Below, one piece after another: positions 12,701 through 27,100 of a stretch of DNA of 64,000 nt. This DNA comes from Ascidiella aspersa. Lineage: Eukaryota. The stretch covers positions 1,736,001-1,800,000 of the forward strand of contig OZ004608.1 of the NCBI GenBank assembly GCA_963924565.1. The letters run 5' to 3'. The translations under genes and the position numbers were made by a program. The stretch's first letter is position 1. Each line of letters opens with the position of its first letter. The notes under the pieces are model-generated. The model had not been told where the DNA came from. It searched no databases and worked only from the letters and a program-made list of their open reading frames with translations.

Positions 12701-15700
12701 CCAACGCAAATTAGAGAGGAGGAATCTCAAAACTTCCCACCTGAACATAAACATGCATTTGTTTGGGTAAAAAAAGAAAGCCATTGAACATTTTAGACTC
12801 CTAATTTAAATCTCATGTAAGATCAACTAACAACAAGAAGAATTAAGCTCACATTTTATTGTGGGTTAAACTGTACGCTTGTCCATTATAGATCTTTCAG
12901 CATAAACTTGAAATTTTATCTACAGACCTAATTAAACTAACAAATTGAATATTATGTACCTACTACAAAGTTTATACTAAACTGTTGTGATATAGTTTTA
13001 TAGAATTTAACAAACAATATTTAGGGGTCACTAAACTTCTTAATCTTAATAATAAAGAAAATTTTGGCCTATAACCCTAAAAAAAATACCTTATAATGTT
13101 TTCATTCAATTTATTTTGGTTATTTGACCATATATATAGTTATGATGATTTTGGTGTTGAATTGGTGTTCATTTTTGTCCAAAATGTTGGGTATCTGAGT
13201 GAAATCTCCAGTTTAGCGACAACTTATTCACAACTGACCGCACCCACATGCCTACCTTCTTTCTTCGCTACGTATGTTGATTTAAAAAGCTTAGGTATGA
13301 GAGCCTTTCAAGTCGGCCTAATGACAACTTACTCGGAATAGTTGAAGAGCCGACTATCCCAGAGCTCATGTCTTCCTCTGCTCCCCGAGTGGAAGTAGCA
13401 AGCGTCCGTCCCGTCAAACATATTCAATCCGTCGAGGACATTCTTGCAAGCGTGGCTGTGCACGACGTCAAGCAAAACGTAAAGTCCCATCCCATGAGCC
13501 GTGTCCAGCAACTCTTTGAGCTCATCCGGTGTACCATAGCGACTGAAATCGTTTTATCTTTTTTAAGCAATTTAATGTTTTTTTATCATTTTTCATATGA
13601 CTTTAATTTTTTACCTTTTTTGAACTAGAAGTTTTACAAAAAAATAAATTGACTAATTTTTTTTTATATTAATCACAAAGAAAAAAAGTGCAGTTATGAA
13701 CAACTAATAAAATACATCTTTCATAACTGTATATAGATATAGCTTTAGTATTAGGTTCAACATTAAGGGCACAGTACAAAAATTCACTAAACTAAAACAT
13801 AAAAGTCAATAATACTGGGCTACTTTGTTAACTGGTTTTTGGTACATGTTCAAAAAGTTAAATATGGTGATGAAAATAATGTAAAATTTATCTGTAAACT
13901 CTGGTCTAACAATAAATTCAACTGTCAGCATTTTTAAATATGGTATTATTAAGTTAGTCTAAAAAAATATTAAGTTAGTCCTAAGAAATGTACATTAACA
14001 AATTTACCTTGATGCGGCATAAAAACTTGTAACTTGGTATCCGAAACTTGCATAGTAAGCGTGCTCCATAACGGCCATAAGTTGGATGCAGTTGTAGCCT
14101 AGATCCTTGATTCTTGGCAACACGTTGTCAGTAAAGTTCTTGTACGAAGCAATCTTTCCCTCCCACGAAGCAATTCCAACGTGGGCCTCGTATATTCTCA
14201 TACTTTCAGGCTTTTTTGGTTTGGGATTTTTAAACTGGAAAAATATGCATTATATTGTTATGCAATCCACTTGAATAAACTAAATTGATAACTTCACTCT
14301 TTCACTAATTTAGTATTTATTTTTTAAACTTTTTTGTATAATACAACTATAACCCTGTATGGCAATTTTAGCAACCCTTTTCTTATTATCCATAAAATCA
14401 GCAATCCAAAAATGCTAATTATAACAAGTGACTTAACTTTTTATAACAATGACTGGCAAATTACACCAAAATTATTTCTATAGCCATGTTGAACATAAAA
14501 AAATATTCATATTAAACAGTTAAAATGTTGCCTACTTATGTATAGGTCCTCATCACCCTACTACGTCTAACTACAACCTCCTGCCAATATGATGTAATAC
14601 TTTCATGGCATTTTTCCAAATTTTACCCTAATATTCAAACAAAGAAGGCGAGCAAATTTACAAGGAGCAATATGTTACATTTACTCAACAAAAAATCGGG
14701 CAATTGGTAAAGAGTAACAACGCTGACAAAAAACAAGCCTGATTTAGCTTGGACAACTAGGTTGACCTAAAAATGGGGTGAAAAAAACATTTTCAAGTCG
14801 AATAAACTTTTCTTTTTAGTTTTTGTTACCTTGTATACTTGATTTGCTGGAGGATTCCAGAATGTCCACTTGTACGTTCCATGTCCATCTGGTTGGGTGA
14901 CATACGAAGCCCACGGCGAAATGCGTTCCAAATATTGGTCATCGTGAGTTTGAATAATAAGCTAAACAAACCATATTTAGGGCAACTGTTAATATTTTGG
15001 TAAACTTTTTAAAAGTAAGTTGGAATGGTCTCGGACCACATTCCAGTAAAAACGTTTTCTTACATCCATTCTACCTAATTTTTTGACATTTATTTAGAGA
15101 TTCTTAATGATTAAAATGCAATGCAAAGTTTGCAGAGTTTGAAGTTTGTACAATTTAATCAGTTAAAAATTACAATTTATTTCTTTCTTGCAATTTCCAT
15201 TTTGACAACTTGTTTCTTTATTGTAAAAAAGTGATGTATTCTAGAGATGTGCCTAATCTTTTTTTTAACTACTTTTTGATTCTCCAATTTTTTCTAGCAA
15301 GTCAGCTAATATTGGTGCAAAATAAATTATTTAATCATTACGAAGTGGTAGGATCCTTTATAAAAGTGATACTCAGACAAGTTTACCATTAATTCACTCT
15401 TGTGTTCAATGGGACACGTTCCATCTGGTTTGGGGGGAATTTTAAGTTCCCACTTTCCAAAACCTTTTGGCTCAAACTTGGCTCCCCATTGCTCCCAATT
15501 ATCTGCATCAATAAAGATTGAAACTGAATTATTATTTAGGGTTTTTAATTTAGTTTTTATATAAATGTAAAAATGGTTTTGACATGGCATATTACGCAAA
15601 TTTCGTTAAATTGGGTGACTTGTGTACTTGTTTTTATTTATTATTTTAGCATTTATGTTTGTTACAAGAATGTAAGTCGGGAACATTTTATAACAACAGA

Positions 15701-16523
15701 ACAACACAAATTTAAAAGAAAATTTAAACACCATTTATTTAAAAAACAAAGAATATTGCAGGGCTAAAATATTTCTATTTGCTTTTTTGGGATTAAGAAT
15801 ATAAAGGATTTTAAACCCAGTGGATATGGTTCATAATTTCATAAAAATTATACAAACCACATACTAAAAGCTCCGCGGAGATAGACAGCTTTTGCTGCAG
15901 GAGCCCATTCAAGACACCGTATTCCATTTTCCGATGTTACGTGAATTCCGAAATCCTTGTAACCTTGAGTAAACTTGTCAAAACCCTCGGATTTCTCAAT
16001 CCTATCCTTTGTGTTCAAAAACATTCCATACCTGCAAAAACATTTTTATACAAGATTTTAAACACCAGCAGTTTACGAACTAATTTTTACAAATTACACA
16101 CCACCCAATCTGCATTTCATAAATAGTTTTTCCGAAATCTCAATTGTATATCACCAACTATTCAGGTATGAAGGTTTTACACACACTTGTTTTGAATCCT
16201 ACTACAACCTAACGATTTTTTTAGAATTTAGGTATGCAATCCAATTAGTTGTTGTTTACATGATTGCTTTTAAAAAATACTACGTTTGCTCCTGCCACAA
16301 GATGCCACAAGATGCCACAAGATGCAGCAAGATGCAGACTGGTACTAAGTGATAATAATTGTATTATAAAACATTCAAATCAATCTTCTACATTAAATTA
16401 AAACAATACACACCTTCGTTTTATGTCACTTTCAAAATGCTTAACGTGTTCATCAACTTCATAGAACTTGTCAATTCTTGGAACGACCACCATCTCAGTG
16501 GATACACTATCACCATATTCCAT
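6778..16523 (-). CDS. GBE1: 1,4-alpha-glucan branching enzyme (GH13), about 693 aa; exons in transcription order 16523-16414, 16031-15865, 15502-15387, 14961-14830, 14234-14008, 13542-13333, 12740-12625, 12293-12166, 11815-11717, 11179-11069, 9930-9759, 8983-8799, 8372-8242, 7843-7726, 6837-6778
   Basis: 15 exons join in frame to 2082 nt including TAA. Hallmark motifs present: [45 protein letters not shown] (nucleophile D), AEDVSGMP (acid/base E), [44 protein letters not shown]. The start codon is either 16523 (MEYGD) or the in-frame ATG at 16493. Confidence 0.97.
6933..7410. mobile_element. hAT-type non-autonomous element (MITE) in the last GBE1 intron
   Basis: Termini CAGTGGTTCTGAGCC / GGTTGAGAACCACTG; 8-bp TSD atctagcc / atcaagcc (7 of 8). 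Confidence 0.75.
7844..8241 (-). other. U12-type (minor spliceosome) GT-AG intron, GBE1 intron 13
   Basis: The donor reads GTATCCTTTT on the - strand (U12 consensus RTATCCTTT). A branch-like TTTCTTTGAC has its A at 7861, 17 nt from the acceptor TTAG, with no long pyrimidine tract in between. Confidence 0.88.
8630..8719 (-). mobile_element. tRNA-derived SINE head (degenerate)
   Basis: - strand GGTCAGTTGGTAGAGC (A box/D-arm) ... GGTTTAGAACCTCACCAAAGGCTA (decayed B box). No complete cloverleaf. Confidence 0.55.
10000..10360. repeat. GACTTGACTT/AAGTCAAGTCATT-rich dispersed repeat
   Basis: The same motif arrays recur at about 22780-23235, 32760-32825, 33495-33750 and 57835-58035. Confidence 0.6.
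11268..11483 (+). mobile_element. Internally deleted Tc1/mariner-superfamily element in GBE1 intron 9
   Basis: TIRs CAGGGTTGGCCAAAAGTAGGCTTACA / TGTAAGCCTACTTTTGGCCCACTCTG, with TA on both sides. Internal relic [28 protein letters not shown] is the transposase C-terminal SPDL motif. Confidence 0.9.
16293..16337. repeat. 10-bp tandem repeat, about 4.5 copies
   Basis: TGCCACAAGA x3 followed by TGCAGCAAGA TGCAG. Confidence 0.9.
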
Positions 16524-17462
16524 TATAGTTAATATTATCAAAGCTGCTTCAACAAAATTGAGTTAAGAGTTTTTTTTAGTAATTTTGCAAATGAATAAAC
16601 ACACGATTCCAAAGAATATGTAACCCGACAATCAAGGAATATTTTATTGTTAAAATCCATAAAAAAATTAATATTAACTATGTTGCTATATAATAAAACT
16701 CTTTTGAAAGTAATTTTAGCAGGCAAAAAACACCATGATCCATTAGAGTTAAGTTAAATAATATCAGTTAATAAAAGAATAATTTATTTATTTTATAAAA
16801 CAATAAACATTTTTTAAGTTACATTAACAAAAATACCTCATAGTGCAAAGTGAAATTACACATTAAAAACTATGTTTCATAATCGTATATCGTTACAAGC
16901 ATAAAATCAAGAAATAATTTATTGCCTTAATCAATCCGCAATTTAATAAAAACTATGCTACCTCAACAAAACTGATTTAAAAGTATTTAGGGTAAATAGT
17001 ATGTAAAGGTAAAAATGTATCAAATAAGCATACTTAACAAAGGCATTTGTTTACATGCTCAAACATCGAAACTAAAACTAGTAAAAATTTTCCCCAGAGA
17101 TTGGCGTTCACTCAAAGAAATTTTCTAACCAAGACATAAACTTTCACACTGCAAACCGTTTCAACTGCAACTTGCAAACTTGTTTGTGCATGTGTCAACT
17201 TTTTGTTCCTTATAAAGGGAAAACCACCGATTCGTTCCGCTTGGCCGATTAAGCGTTTTCGCAATTGTACGGTTCAACTTCGGATTAGAATAAAGCAGGA
17301 TGTTGTATTTAAATTAATTCGGAAGCAGGGTTATTATCCCAGCCTTCTCAAACCACCGAACTTTAATTTACTTTTGTAAAAACTGTATGGCATAAGAACA
17401 TATCTAATACCAATATTTATTACACAAAAGTTGAATGTTGATAAACTATATACTGTATTAAC

Positions 17463-18000
17463 AAGGAGTCGAACCGAACCCGAACCGTAACATTATGAAC
17501 CGTTTTTTTGGTTTTATGCCAATTTTAGTCGAACTGTACCGAACCTAAACCTTGTTTGTAAGGTTTTGAGGAGTCGAACCGGAACTTAACCGAGTATTTT
17601 ATAAAAGAACCTGAACCGGACACGGTCTGTCAAAAAAACGGTTCACTTCAGCAACTTTTATTTTACAGTATCAAGTTATACCTTTTTCAAAATTATAAAA
17701 AAAGATAAAAAAAATATTTATTAAAATAAACGTTAAATAATTAGCTATTACGTCACGAAACTTAGATTTAATACAAGTTATAATTCAATAAGTATTCTTT
17801 ACATTTATTGACCTATATATTTGGTTTAATCAACGCAACTTCTTTTGTATCCGAACAGGAACTTTAATAATCAATTTTGAAATAACAAGATCGAACAGTA
17901 GATGAATCGGAACTTTAAAATTCTCTGAATTGAAACCGGAACTGAACCGTATTTCGAAAAAAAATCCTTAACCGAAAAAGTTAAACGATTTGACTCTCTA
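17463..18000. repeat. GAACC/GGTTC-rich MITE-like repeat between GBE1 and ARF
   Basis: Many (C)GAACCG units, duplicated GGAGTCGAACCG, and a right end GATTTGACTCTCT roughly complementary to the left end. Confidence 0.55.
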
Positions 18001-19168
18001 AATATTAATATGAAAATCAATTTGCCAACTGAATATATTTTGATTTGTGTTCTCAGATCGCGATTCATATTCATAAATCTTAAATGATGATGAAAAATTA
18101 AGATAATTTATTGTTCTGTCTTGGTTGTACCAAATAATTTACCTTATAAGATTTATACGAAAAAAACACTTAAATCTTCTTTGTTTATCAAAATTTGTAA
18201 AAAAGGACCAAAAATTAGTATATTTTTTAAAATTAGTAAAAAAGACTGAAAATCCTCTTTTTTTAAAACAAAGGGTTAACTATAAAAACAAAATGTTAAA
18301 AGTATTAGTCTTCTTACATTGTGCGTTTAATAGTATTTTTTATCTGCTTGTTTGTGAAATAACTAAATTTTTCATTCATTTGTGTTTTCGTATTTTATGA
18401 TCTTTTTTTTTCGATTAGTTTTTTTTATTTGATTAATCGAAATGTACAAACGTAAAGGATCGGGGTAGTTTGAACAACAAATTGACCGCCATTTATAATT
18501 TTGTTTTTTCGTTAATTTGCAACTTGAAACCATTTAAAGTAAAATAAACCCGAAAATAATGCGTAGTTGGGCGTGTTTTTGTAAAAATAACCACAAATGG
18601 AGGACGGTCTTCATTATTCCTCGACGTTTACACGTATTTAAAGGTTGGGTCAGCAAAGAAGGCAGTCACTATGACCAAGTTGTAACCGATCATGCAGCGT
18701 AGTAATCATTCCTAACCCTTCACAAAAACAACGCTAATGTTCTGTATAGCTAAGCAAAAACAAAATGACATTAATATGTTAAATTTAAATAAAATTATAA
18801 AATGCATTTCTAGTCGCCTTTTCTTAAAATAATGAATTAGTAAAAAAATACCAACGTCATACCTTATCTTGCGGGTCACGCGAACACTTGGTCTTTACCA
18901 TCGACTAACTAGCTTTTCACAAAGTCAAAATAGTTATAAAAGTTGATCGAATTCATATTTGTTAATGTCAATATTCCCGGTAAATCGTCCTTTATATATG
19001 AATATTTCATCCAATTTTAAGCTGTGTATAAATGAAAGCAATTATGTCCGCAATATTCTTTACCAGAAGGAGATTTAACACGAAAAATCTTTTCTGAGAT
19101 TCTAGCCGATCGTATAGCTTATAAGTCTCCGAAGTTAATTAAAAAGCATACTACAATACTGACATTTC

Positions 19169-19331
19169 GGCGCTTGTCTAGAGTCCTACCACAGCGTTGA
19201 AACAATTATTAAGGCAACCTACAATATTTTGGTTAAGGTGTCGGTTTTTGTTGGGGTAGGTCAAGTATTATTAAAATTCTTATTTAATAATATTGCTTAA
19301 CCTACCCAAACGCTAACCCGTGGTAAGATTC
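19169..19331. mobile_element. Copy of the Merlin-like MITE family upstream of ARF
   Basis: GGCGCTTGTCTAGAGTCCTACCACAGCGTTGAAACAATTATT... matches the 35825 copy; the right end is truncated. Further fragments occur at about 25838-25920 and 45746-45768. Confidence 0.75.
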
Positions 19332-19678
19332 CCATTTTTGTCGTGTGGCTTATATTGCTAACATTATTTGGGTTGGGGTGAAAGTTTGGGTTTGAGTGGC
19401 CAGTATTAATATTATATTTAGGAAGTGGCTATTTAACCGGATCACTCATTTACACTTGCCCCCTTCAGTGATTATATGTAGATTTGGACTACTTTGGTTT
19501 CCGGGTAAATAGTGTCTCACTTATATTTATTCTCCCATATTTATTGCTCCTTTAATGAATAAATCCCATCTGGATTGATATACTCTTTCAACTGCTCCTA
19601 GTGTTATTATCTTTTTATTCTGTGCTCAACACAAAATTATTTTTACCCAGGCACCAAGCATCAAATTTTTGGTTTTAA

Positions 19679-20254
<576 letters not shown>

Positions 20255-21146
20255 AGAGTGATGGTTGTCAGCTTTTTGTGGCTATCACAACACTACGACT
20301 TGTTGTCAAACTGGAACTGCAATTTTCTCTTAAGGATAGGTTTTTTTTCGATTGTACACGTTGTATCTTCTGCAAACATAATTGTGCACTAGTCTGTCAA
20401 TCATTAAGGAAACAGCTGTCGGACATTTCCTAAGTCAAAAGCATTTTTCATGGAACAACGTTTCTGAAGCAGCATTTGATACCAACTGACTTTTGAATGT
20501 ATATTCAAGCCTGGTAGCCGTTTAGTTAATTTAAACCAATCATGCTATATAGTGCTGGTAAACCGCTGTGCATTTAAAAGAAAAAATTAATAATTTTTTG
20601 TTCTATTTTACTCCTTAAGAATGTTTATATACACTATAAATTGTTTTTGGCCTGTTAGTGTTAATTTGACAAAAGAAAATCAGTTTATATTTAAATTTTG
20701 CTAGGGAAAAGTTTATTTAAAAGTTCATTAGGACATGTTGTTCATAGATGCAAGAAAAGCAAAAAAAAAATGTGTTATACTTAAAATCTCACTTATCCAT
20801 TTTAAGCTGGAAATAAAGAGTGATGTGATTGATTTATACATATTTTGTTATTTTAATAACTCAAAAGTATATATAAAAAAATATATATTTAGCTTCTAAA
20901 AATGTGTAAATATACATGTAAAATTGTTGAAAACCAGTCGTAATTTTTTGGTGCCAAATTGGTTTAATCGAAATTAAATTCAAGCATTTTAAGTTGCCAT
21001 CCGCAATTCTGTTTCTGCTGCTGTAAAATGCCTAAAATAAATGTTAAAAAGTAGCGACGGTCAACAAATGATATGCTTTTTATCAAATGCTGTACTATAT
21101 ATCCTCTTATGTAACGATAGAAATTAGAAAAAGTTAGGCGATAAAA

Positions 21147-24100
21147 ATGGCTGACGATTGGGAAGATGATGATTTCGGAACTTTTGAAAGCGCCGACGTC
21201 GCCAGTCCGGCCAAATCGTCCGGATCAGCCACAAGTTCACCGGCGCCGGCCTGGTTACTAAACACTCCGACACATCAGGCAGGTACAATATTCCCCCAGA
21301 CAACTTATAACCAGTAGAATACCAAGCCTATGTTTGCATAGTTTCAAGGTCAAAAGCAGGCTAATCATTTTCTGACCTTTAAAATTTGCTTAGTGCCTAT
21401 ATCTTCAATTACCTGCAAGTTAAAAATAAATTGTTACTATAAATATTTTTGTTTGACCAAATATTTGTGTAATTTGACAATTGACGAGCACCTTCTAGTT
21501 ACAGCATACATTTCGGAGCTTGTAAAACCTTTAATAATTATACTCCAACACATAAAACAAAATCAATGATAGCAACACAGTATCGAAGGGGGATTTTCAA
21601 GTTACAACAGATAAAATATAAAATATCTAAGGGTGTTTCAACAAACTGTAGAGTATTTTTGTGGTAAACTGTGTATCACAAGTGGTTACTATTAATTTAT
21701 ATAAAAGTTTTTAAGTTTTAATCCCTCTATAAGAATGTCTGCCCACTTTTACAGAACCTTTCAAGCCGAATTTGAAATCTGCCGGTCATACTTCTGATAC
21801 GGACTCACAAACGGTATGCGACTATATTTTGTTTGACGTTTGCGTGCTGCAGGTCTATTCCATACAGTGTTAAAACATTTTGCTCCACTCTTGCAATGTT
21901 TTTTGTATTATAGTGTAATGTAATTGATATGTAAAGTAGTGGTTTCCAACTTTTTGGCTTAAAAATGAAGATATTTCAGCAAATTTTTTTTGTCAACTTG
22001 CATTATTGATGTTAGTTGTACTTTTTACTTCTTGTAGGTTGGTGACCAATCTTTGTCCACTCTACAATCTGAACAACAAGATAGCACAAAAGAACACATG
22101 TAAGTTGCATTTATGTGTAAGCCTTGAAGTTATGTTTAAGCTTTGAAGTTATGTTTAAGCTTTGAAGTTACGTTTAAGCTTTGAAGTTATGTTTAAGCTT
22201 TGAAGTTATGTGTAAGATTTGAAGTTTAAAACTTGCAACAATTACCATTGAAGTGTATCCCTCCTTGTATTGTATTATTGTAGGAAATATATAGCTGCTG
22301 GAATATGACTCTACAAACATTGAAACAGTGTGAAACCAATTGTTTGCCTAAATAAAGTATCGTTCAGTATATTGGGTCATCTTTTTTAGGTTGGGTCATG
22401 TTTGGAATAATACCTTTCTATGAATAAGCTTTTTTATTACCCCTATATGAAAATGTATAAACATGGCACACAAATTGAACAAGCTGGATGGATTTCCGGT
22501 TTGTTGCAAACAAGTTACTTTAAATTAGTCAAAGTTAAGCATTTTGCCAAGAACAACAAATCAGTTCCCAGTCGAGTCATTAAGAGAGCAAGTCCTATCA
22601 TTGACAAAAAAATAAAATGTTGAACTAATAAAAATTGTTAACTGGATTATGAGCAATAGCTCAACTAAAAATAACAGAAGCGCAATAAGCAGCAAGTAAA
22701 CTGTTTTTCAGGCAACAAATGACATAAATACCCCAATTTTATTATAAAATGTTGAATAAAAACAATTAGCACATTTAAATTTAAAAATCAAGTTATTTGA
22801 CAAAATGACTTTGGTCTAAGTCAGTAGTTCTTAACCTTTGGTAACCTGTCGAACCCCCATGTTATTCTGCAGGCGTTCGTCGAACCCCAAATTTTCGCTC
22901 AGTATTCGTTTCTTCCTCCTAGCAGCTGAAACTGGGCATAATCAAATTATAAACTTACACTTATATTGGTTAAATTGGCCAAATTTTCAATCTATAACGT
23001 TACATGGCACCTTGGCACATAAAAGAGATTCAAATTTAGTTTGAAATAACAACATTTATGTTCATGTCGAACCCTTGAAACAGCTGCATCGAACCCCAAG
23101 GGTTTGATCAAACCCTGGTGAAAAACCACTGGTCTAAGTCCAGTCATATCTCCAAAAGACTTGAGTCAAACAAGTGATTTGAAAACACTTATTAAAGTAC
23201 ATTTAAGTGAAATATTAGCTAAAGTCATTACAACACTGGATTCCCAAAACATATCGTAGTAAATGAATTTCTGCTTCTAGAAAACCTTCAGTTGAATCCA
23301 TCGACCCACATCAAGATGAAAAACTGACACAAGGTTTGTGCAAAATAAATACAACTTACTTTATTTCATGCTTCCCATATATCAGTGAACACTTCTGAAT
23401 GGTATCACCCCAGGGCAAATTAATTTAATGTTTTATTAAACATAGTTGTTTATCAAAAAAGATCATATATTGATCGGATGATTCCATGTTGCTTTCCTTC
23501 TTTGCATCCATGTAACTGTAGTTTTGTTATTACAGCACTTAAAAAGTTAATTTTGTCCAACGATGAACTCTCATAAAATATCATATATCTCTATTGGGGA
23601 TGATATTATGGCAATTATGATTGGAAGGCAGCATTCTGTGACAGGGGTCATAAAACTAAAAAAGTTTAAAAAGCACACTGACGGCACTGTATTCAGATTT
23701 GGGATGTTGTGATTTATTTGTAAATCTGTTTTATTATAAATTTAAATGCCATATTTTTTTGTGATAAAAATGCAGAGAAACCAGAATCCATCGCTTCAGA
23801 TGGCAAAGCAGTAAATGCATATACAACCATTAGTGCCGGCATAGATGCGTTTGCTGACATATTTGCGGAGTGTGAAACTACATCAACTGAACCAGAAGAA
23901 CAATTAAAAGAAGCAGGTGGGTTTACTTCTGATGAAAACCATGTTTGTTTTTTTTGTTTTTTTTTCTGCAAAAAGGTTTGAGTTTATCATTTCCGATGGC
24001 ATTAACTATAACACAATCGAATTTTAATTTTTTTCTATTTGTTGGCAATGATCTAATCATATTGTTTTAATTGTTGGAGTGATACACCTGTGATTTTGCC

Positions 24101-27100
24101 ATTTTAAAAGAAACAGAAAACACCAACAAATACTAGCCTTTTTTTCATGGCATAAAAAGACATAAAAAATTAAAAAAAAACACCTTTACTTTATCCTTTT
24201 ATTGTCTTAGGCTTGTTACAGGCAAAAAAGCATTTTTTGAAAATATACAAATATAGAATAATTCTGTTAATGTTTAAAATGATGAAATTGTGCTTTTGTT
24301 AAAGTTCTCAAGACGCTAAAACTGTGTTGATAAACGCATTATATTTAGAAAGAAATAGGTTGTGTTCAATTTTTTAGTCAACAGTTTGCTGACCCCTTTG
24401 TACCAACACCAGTGGCTTATTATCAGACTACACAAGTGTGTATGTGCCATGCCCTACATTCTTATGCTTGGGGAATATTTACAGGAAGTTATAGCTGCCT
24501 GCGTCATGTTTTTATGCACGCTGTTGGCACGATTGCTTGATAGACAAAACCAACCTTATTTTTAACAGTGGATCTTAATAGCATCCTTTATGCTGGCAAA
24601 TGTATTTTTAATAAATCTGGTATTTATATTTAAAGACATATTTAGCTATTTATTGTCAATATGCCAGAAGCAATATTATTTTGATCAAGATTTTTTTTCC
24701 TTTGTGAAAGCCTAATATAATAAATTCACACCAGTCCAGTGAGATTTCCTGTTGTCCAGTTGTCAAATTTTATTTCTTAATTTCACATAGATCTTTTACT
24801 GAAATAAGGTTAAATCTATTAGGTTTTATATTGATAGAATTTAACTGGAATACCTTTGTAATTTTTTTAGTTAAAGAAATACCACAAACTGAAATAAAGC
24901 AAACTGAGATGCCACAAAAAGAGATACGTCAGGCCCTTCCCGCACTTCCAGCTGAACTAACAACGAAAAGTGAAAGTAAAACTGTTCTAGATTTGCGAAA
25001 CCAACTTGACAATGCGATACTGTTACGGGAGCAGTCAAATAAAGTAAGTCTTTCACCCTATACAGTTAGTGTCATATTATTTCCCTGCAATAATTACTTA
25101 AACCAATGTCATTTAGCATTTCCTTGTATATCTTGTCATGGCCTGTATGGTCCACATTTTTCCTGTGCTGATATTTTTGTTCAAGTAAATAATTATTAGG
25201 ATTTTTGTTGTGGAACTTGGAGTTTTGTTTCTCACTATTATGTCAGCTGTATCGAAGAGGGATGTGTCCCAGTTTATTTGCTTATTTATTTCTGTTTTAA
25301 CGAAACTCTTATTTTAAAATGAACTCTAAACCACTTTTTTTTTTTTTAAGTAAAGCAACTAAACTATGTGTTTTTGTTTGAAAGAATAAACTCAGCTCGT
25401 TTTGTTTTGAATCGACTCCCAACAAGCTGTTTTATGTTTTTAGATTAAAATTTCCAACCCTTCAGTTTTCTTTCAAAATCAAACGTTTAAGCCAGGGTTT
25501 CTTGAACTTTTTTACCGCGGACCCCTGAATTTTTTTTGCCTTGCGTGGACCACTGTCGGCAAAATAAATTCCAAAATGACGTCATAAATTGACGTCACAA
25601 CACAAATAGACTTTATAAATCAAGTGAAATAGAGTCTAAATAGGATTCAGTGCAAAACCGTTTTAATTTTATTCAAACTGTTTTCTTTAAAAAAAGATTA
25701 CTTCTTAAATATACACTAATATTTCAGGTAGGCCACCACAGACCCCCTAAAACTAGTTTGCTGACCCCCAAGGGGTCCATGGACCCCAGTTTAAGAACCC
25801 CTGGTTTAAACCTTGTCAATGTTTAAACAAGTAAACGTCGTTGGTCTAGAATCCTACCACTTTTTCGTTTGGGGGTTTATTTTGCTAACATTATTTGGGT
25901 TAAGCTGAGTCAAGTATTATAGTTATATTTATTCTCCCGTATTTATTCTTTCTTGCAATTTAACTTCGACAACTCGTTTCGATACTGTAGAAATTCTAAA
26001 CCAGCACCCTTTTGGTTTCTTTAGAAATAAATTAAACTACCCTAGTTTTTTTGTTTAAACAAATAGATCCAACCACATTGTTTTAACCACCAAACTATAT
26101 TTTTTATTTGTTTACGTTTAAAAAAATCAAACAATTCCCCTTTATCAGGATCTCCAGGAAATTCGAGAGGAGCTCGCCTCAAAAGTGAGAGAAATGAGGG
26201 AAGAAAGAGAAAAAAGGGAAGAAGAGCATCGAGAGAATCTGGAGAAAGTAAGAGCGGAGAGTGAGAGAGAGCGGGAGGAGCAGATTGAAGCGTCACAAAA
26301 GGTTTTTTGCTTCATTGTTACGATGCAAATGGTCAGAGTTTAAATAAAAACAAATAATTAAGCGCGGTTTGCGTTGAAAAATTGCTGCAACGTCACATAT
26401 TGAAATGCTATGTGTTCTACGAAACTTTGTTGTGAAAGTTTATAGCAGGAAGTCGTACGGCTCCGTGAAAATCAAAATTCAACCATTATTACATGGCTAT
26501 GTCAGCTATGCCCCATTGATGCTCATTTTAGCTATTGAAATTGCAAAAAAATGTTTCCGGAAATGATGGATTCGAAATTCGTGTCAATACCTGAATGGCA
26601 TTACTCACTTGCCAAAAATGCCATTCAGTTTAAATGTTGCGCTTTAATGCAGCGTTTTTTATACGTGGCATATTTACAGTTCGTGGCCAAGGGGGACGAA
26701 GTGTTTGACGCCAGTAGAACGCTTAACTCACGAAAGGTTGAGAACCACTGCTTGAATGAATCTATCAGAAAAAGTTTAAACATGTTTAATTTTTTTGGCC
26801 ATTATTGACTTGTTATTTTTTCAGCGAAAAGAGGCATTTTTAAAAAGTTACTCAGCAAATTTTAACTGGTTTGTTTTGTAAAAGCATTTTCTTAGTAGCA
26901 ATTCCTCTAACTTGCTAATGCATACAGCCCAGTTAATAAACCTTTTGTAATAAAGTTGCAATTTCCTGGTCTAGTTAATGATCCTAATCTGCAAGCGTGG
27001 GAAGTATTTTTGGCCAATCAATCGATAACGTGGTCACGTCCGACAGATTAACACTAATTCTTATAAGCCAGTGGTTCTCAAACTTTTTTGCGACGCAAAG

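Noticed and set aside
22111-22224. Regular repeats reminiscent of a CRISPR array
   Set aside because: The units are contiguous with no unique spacers and lie in a eukaryotic intron; this is a minisatellite.
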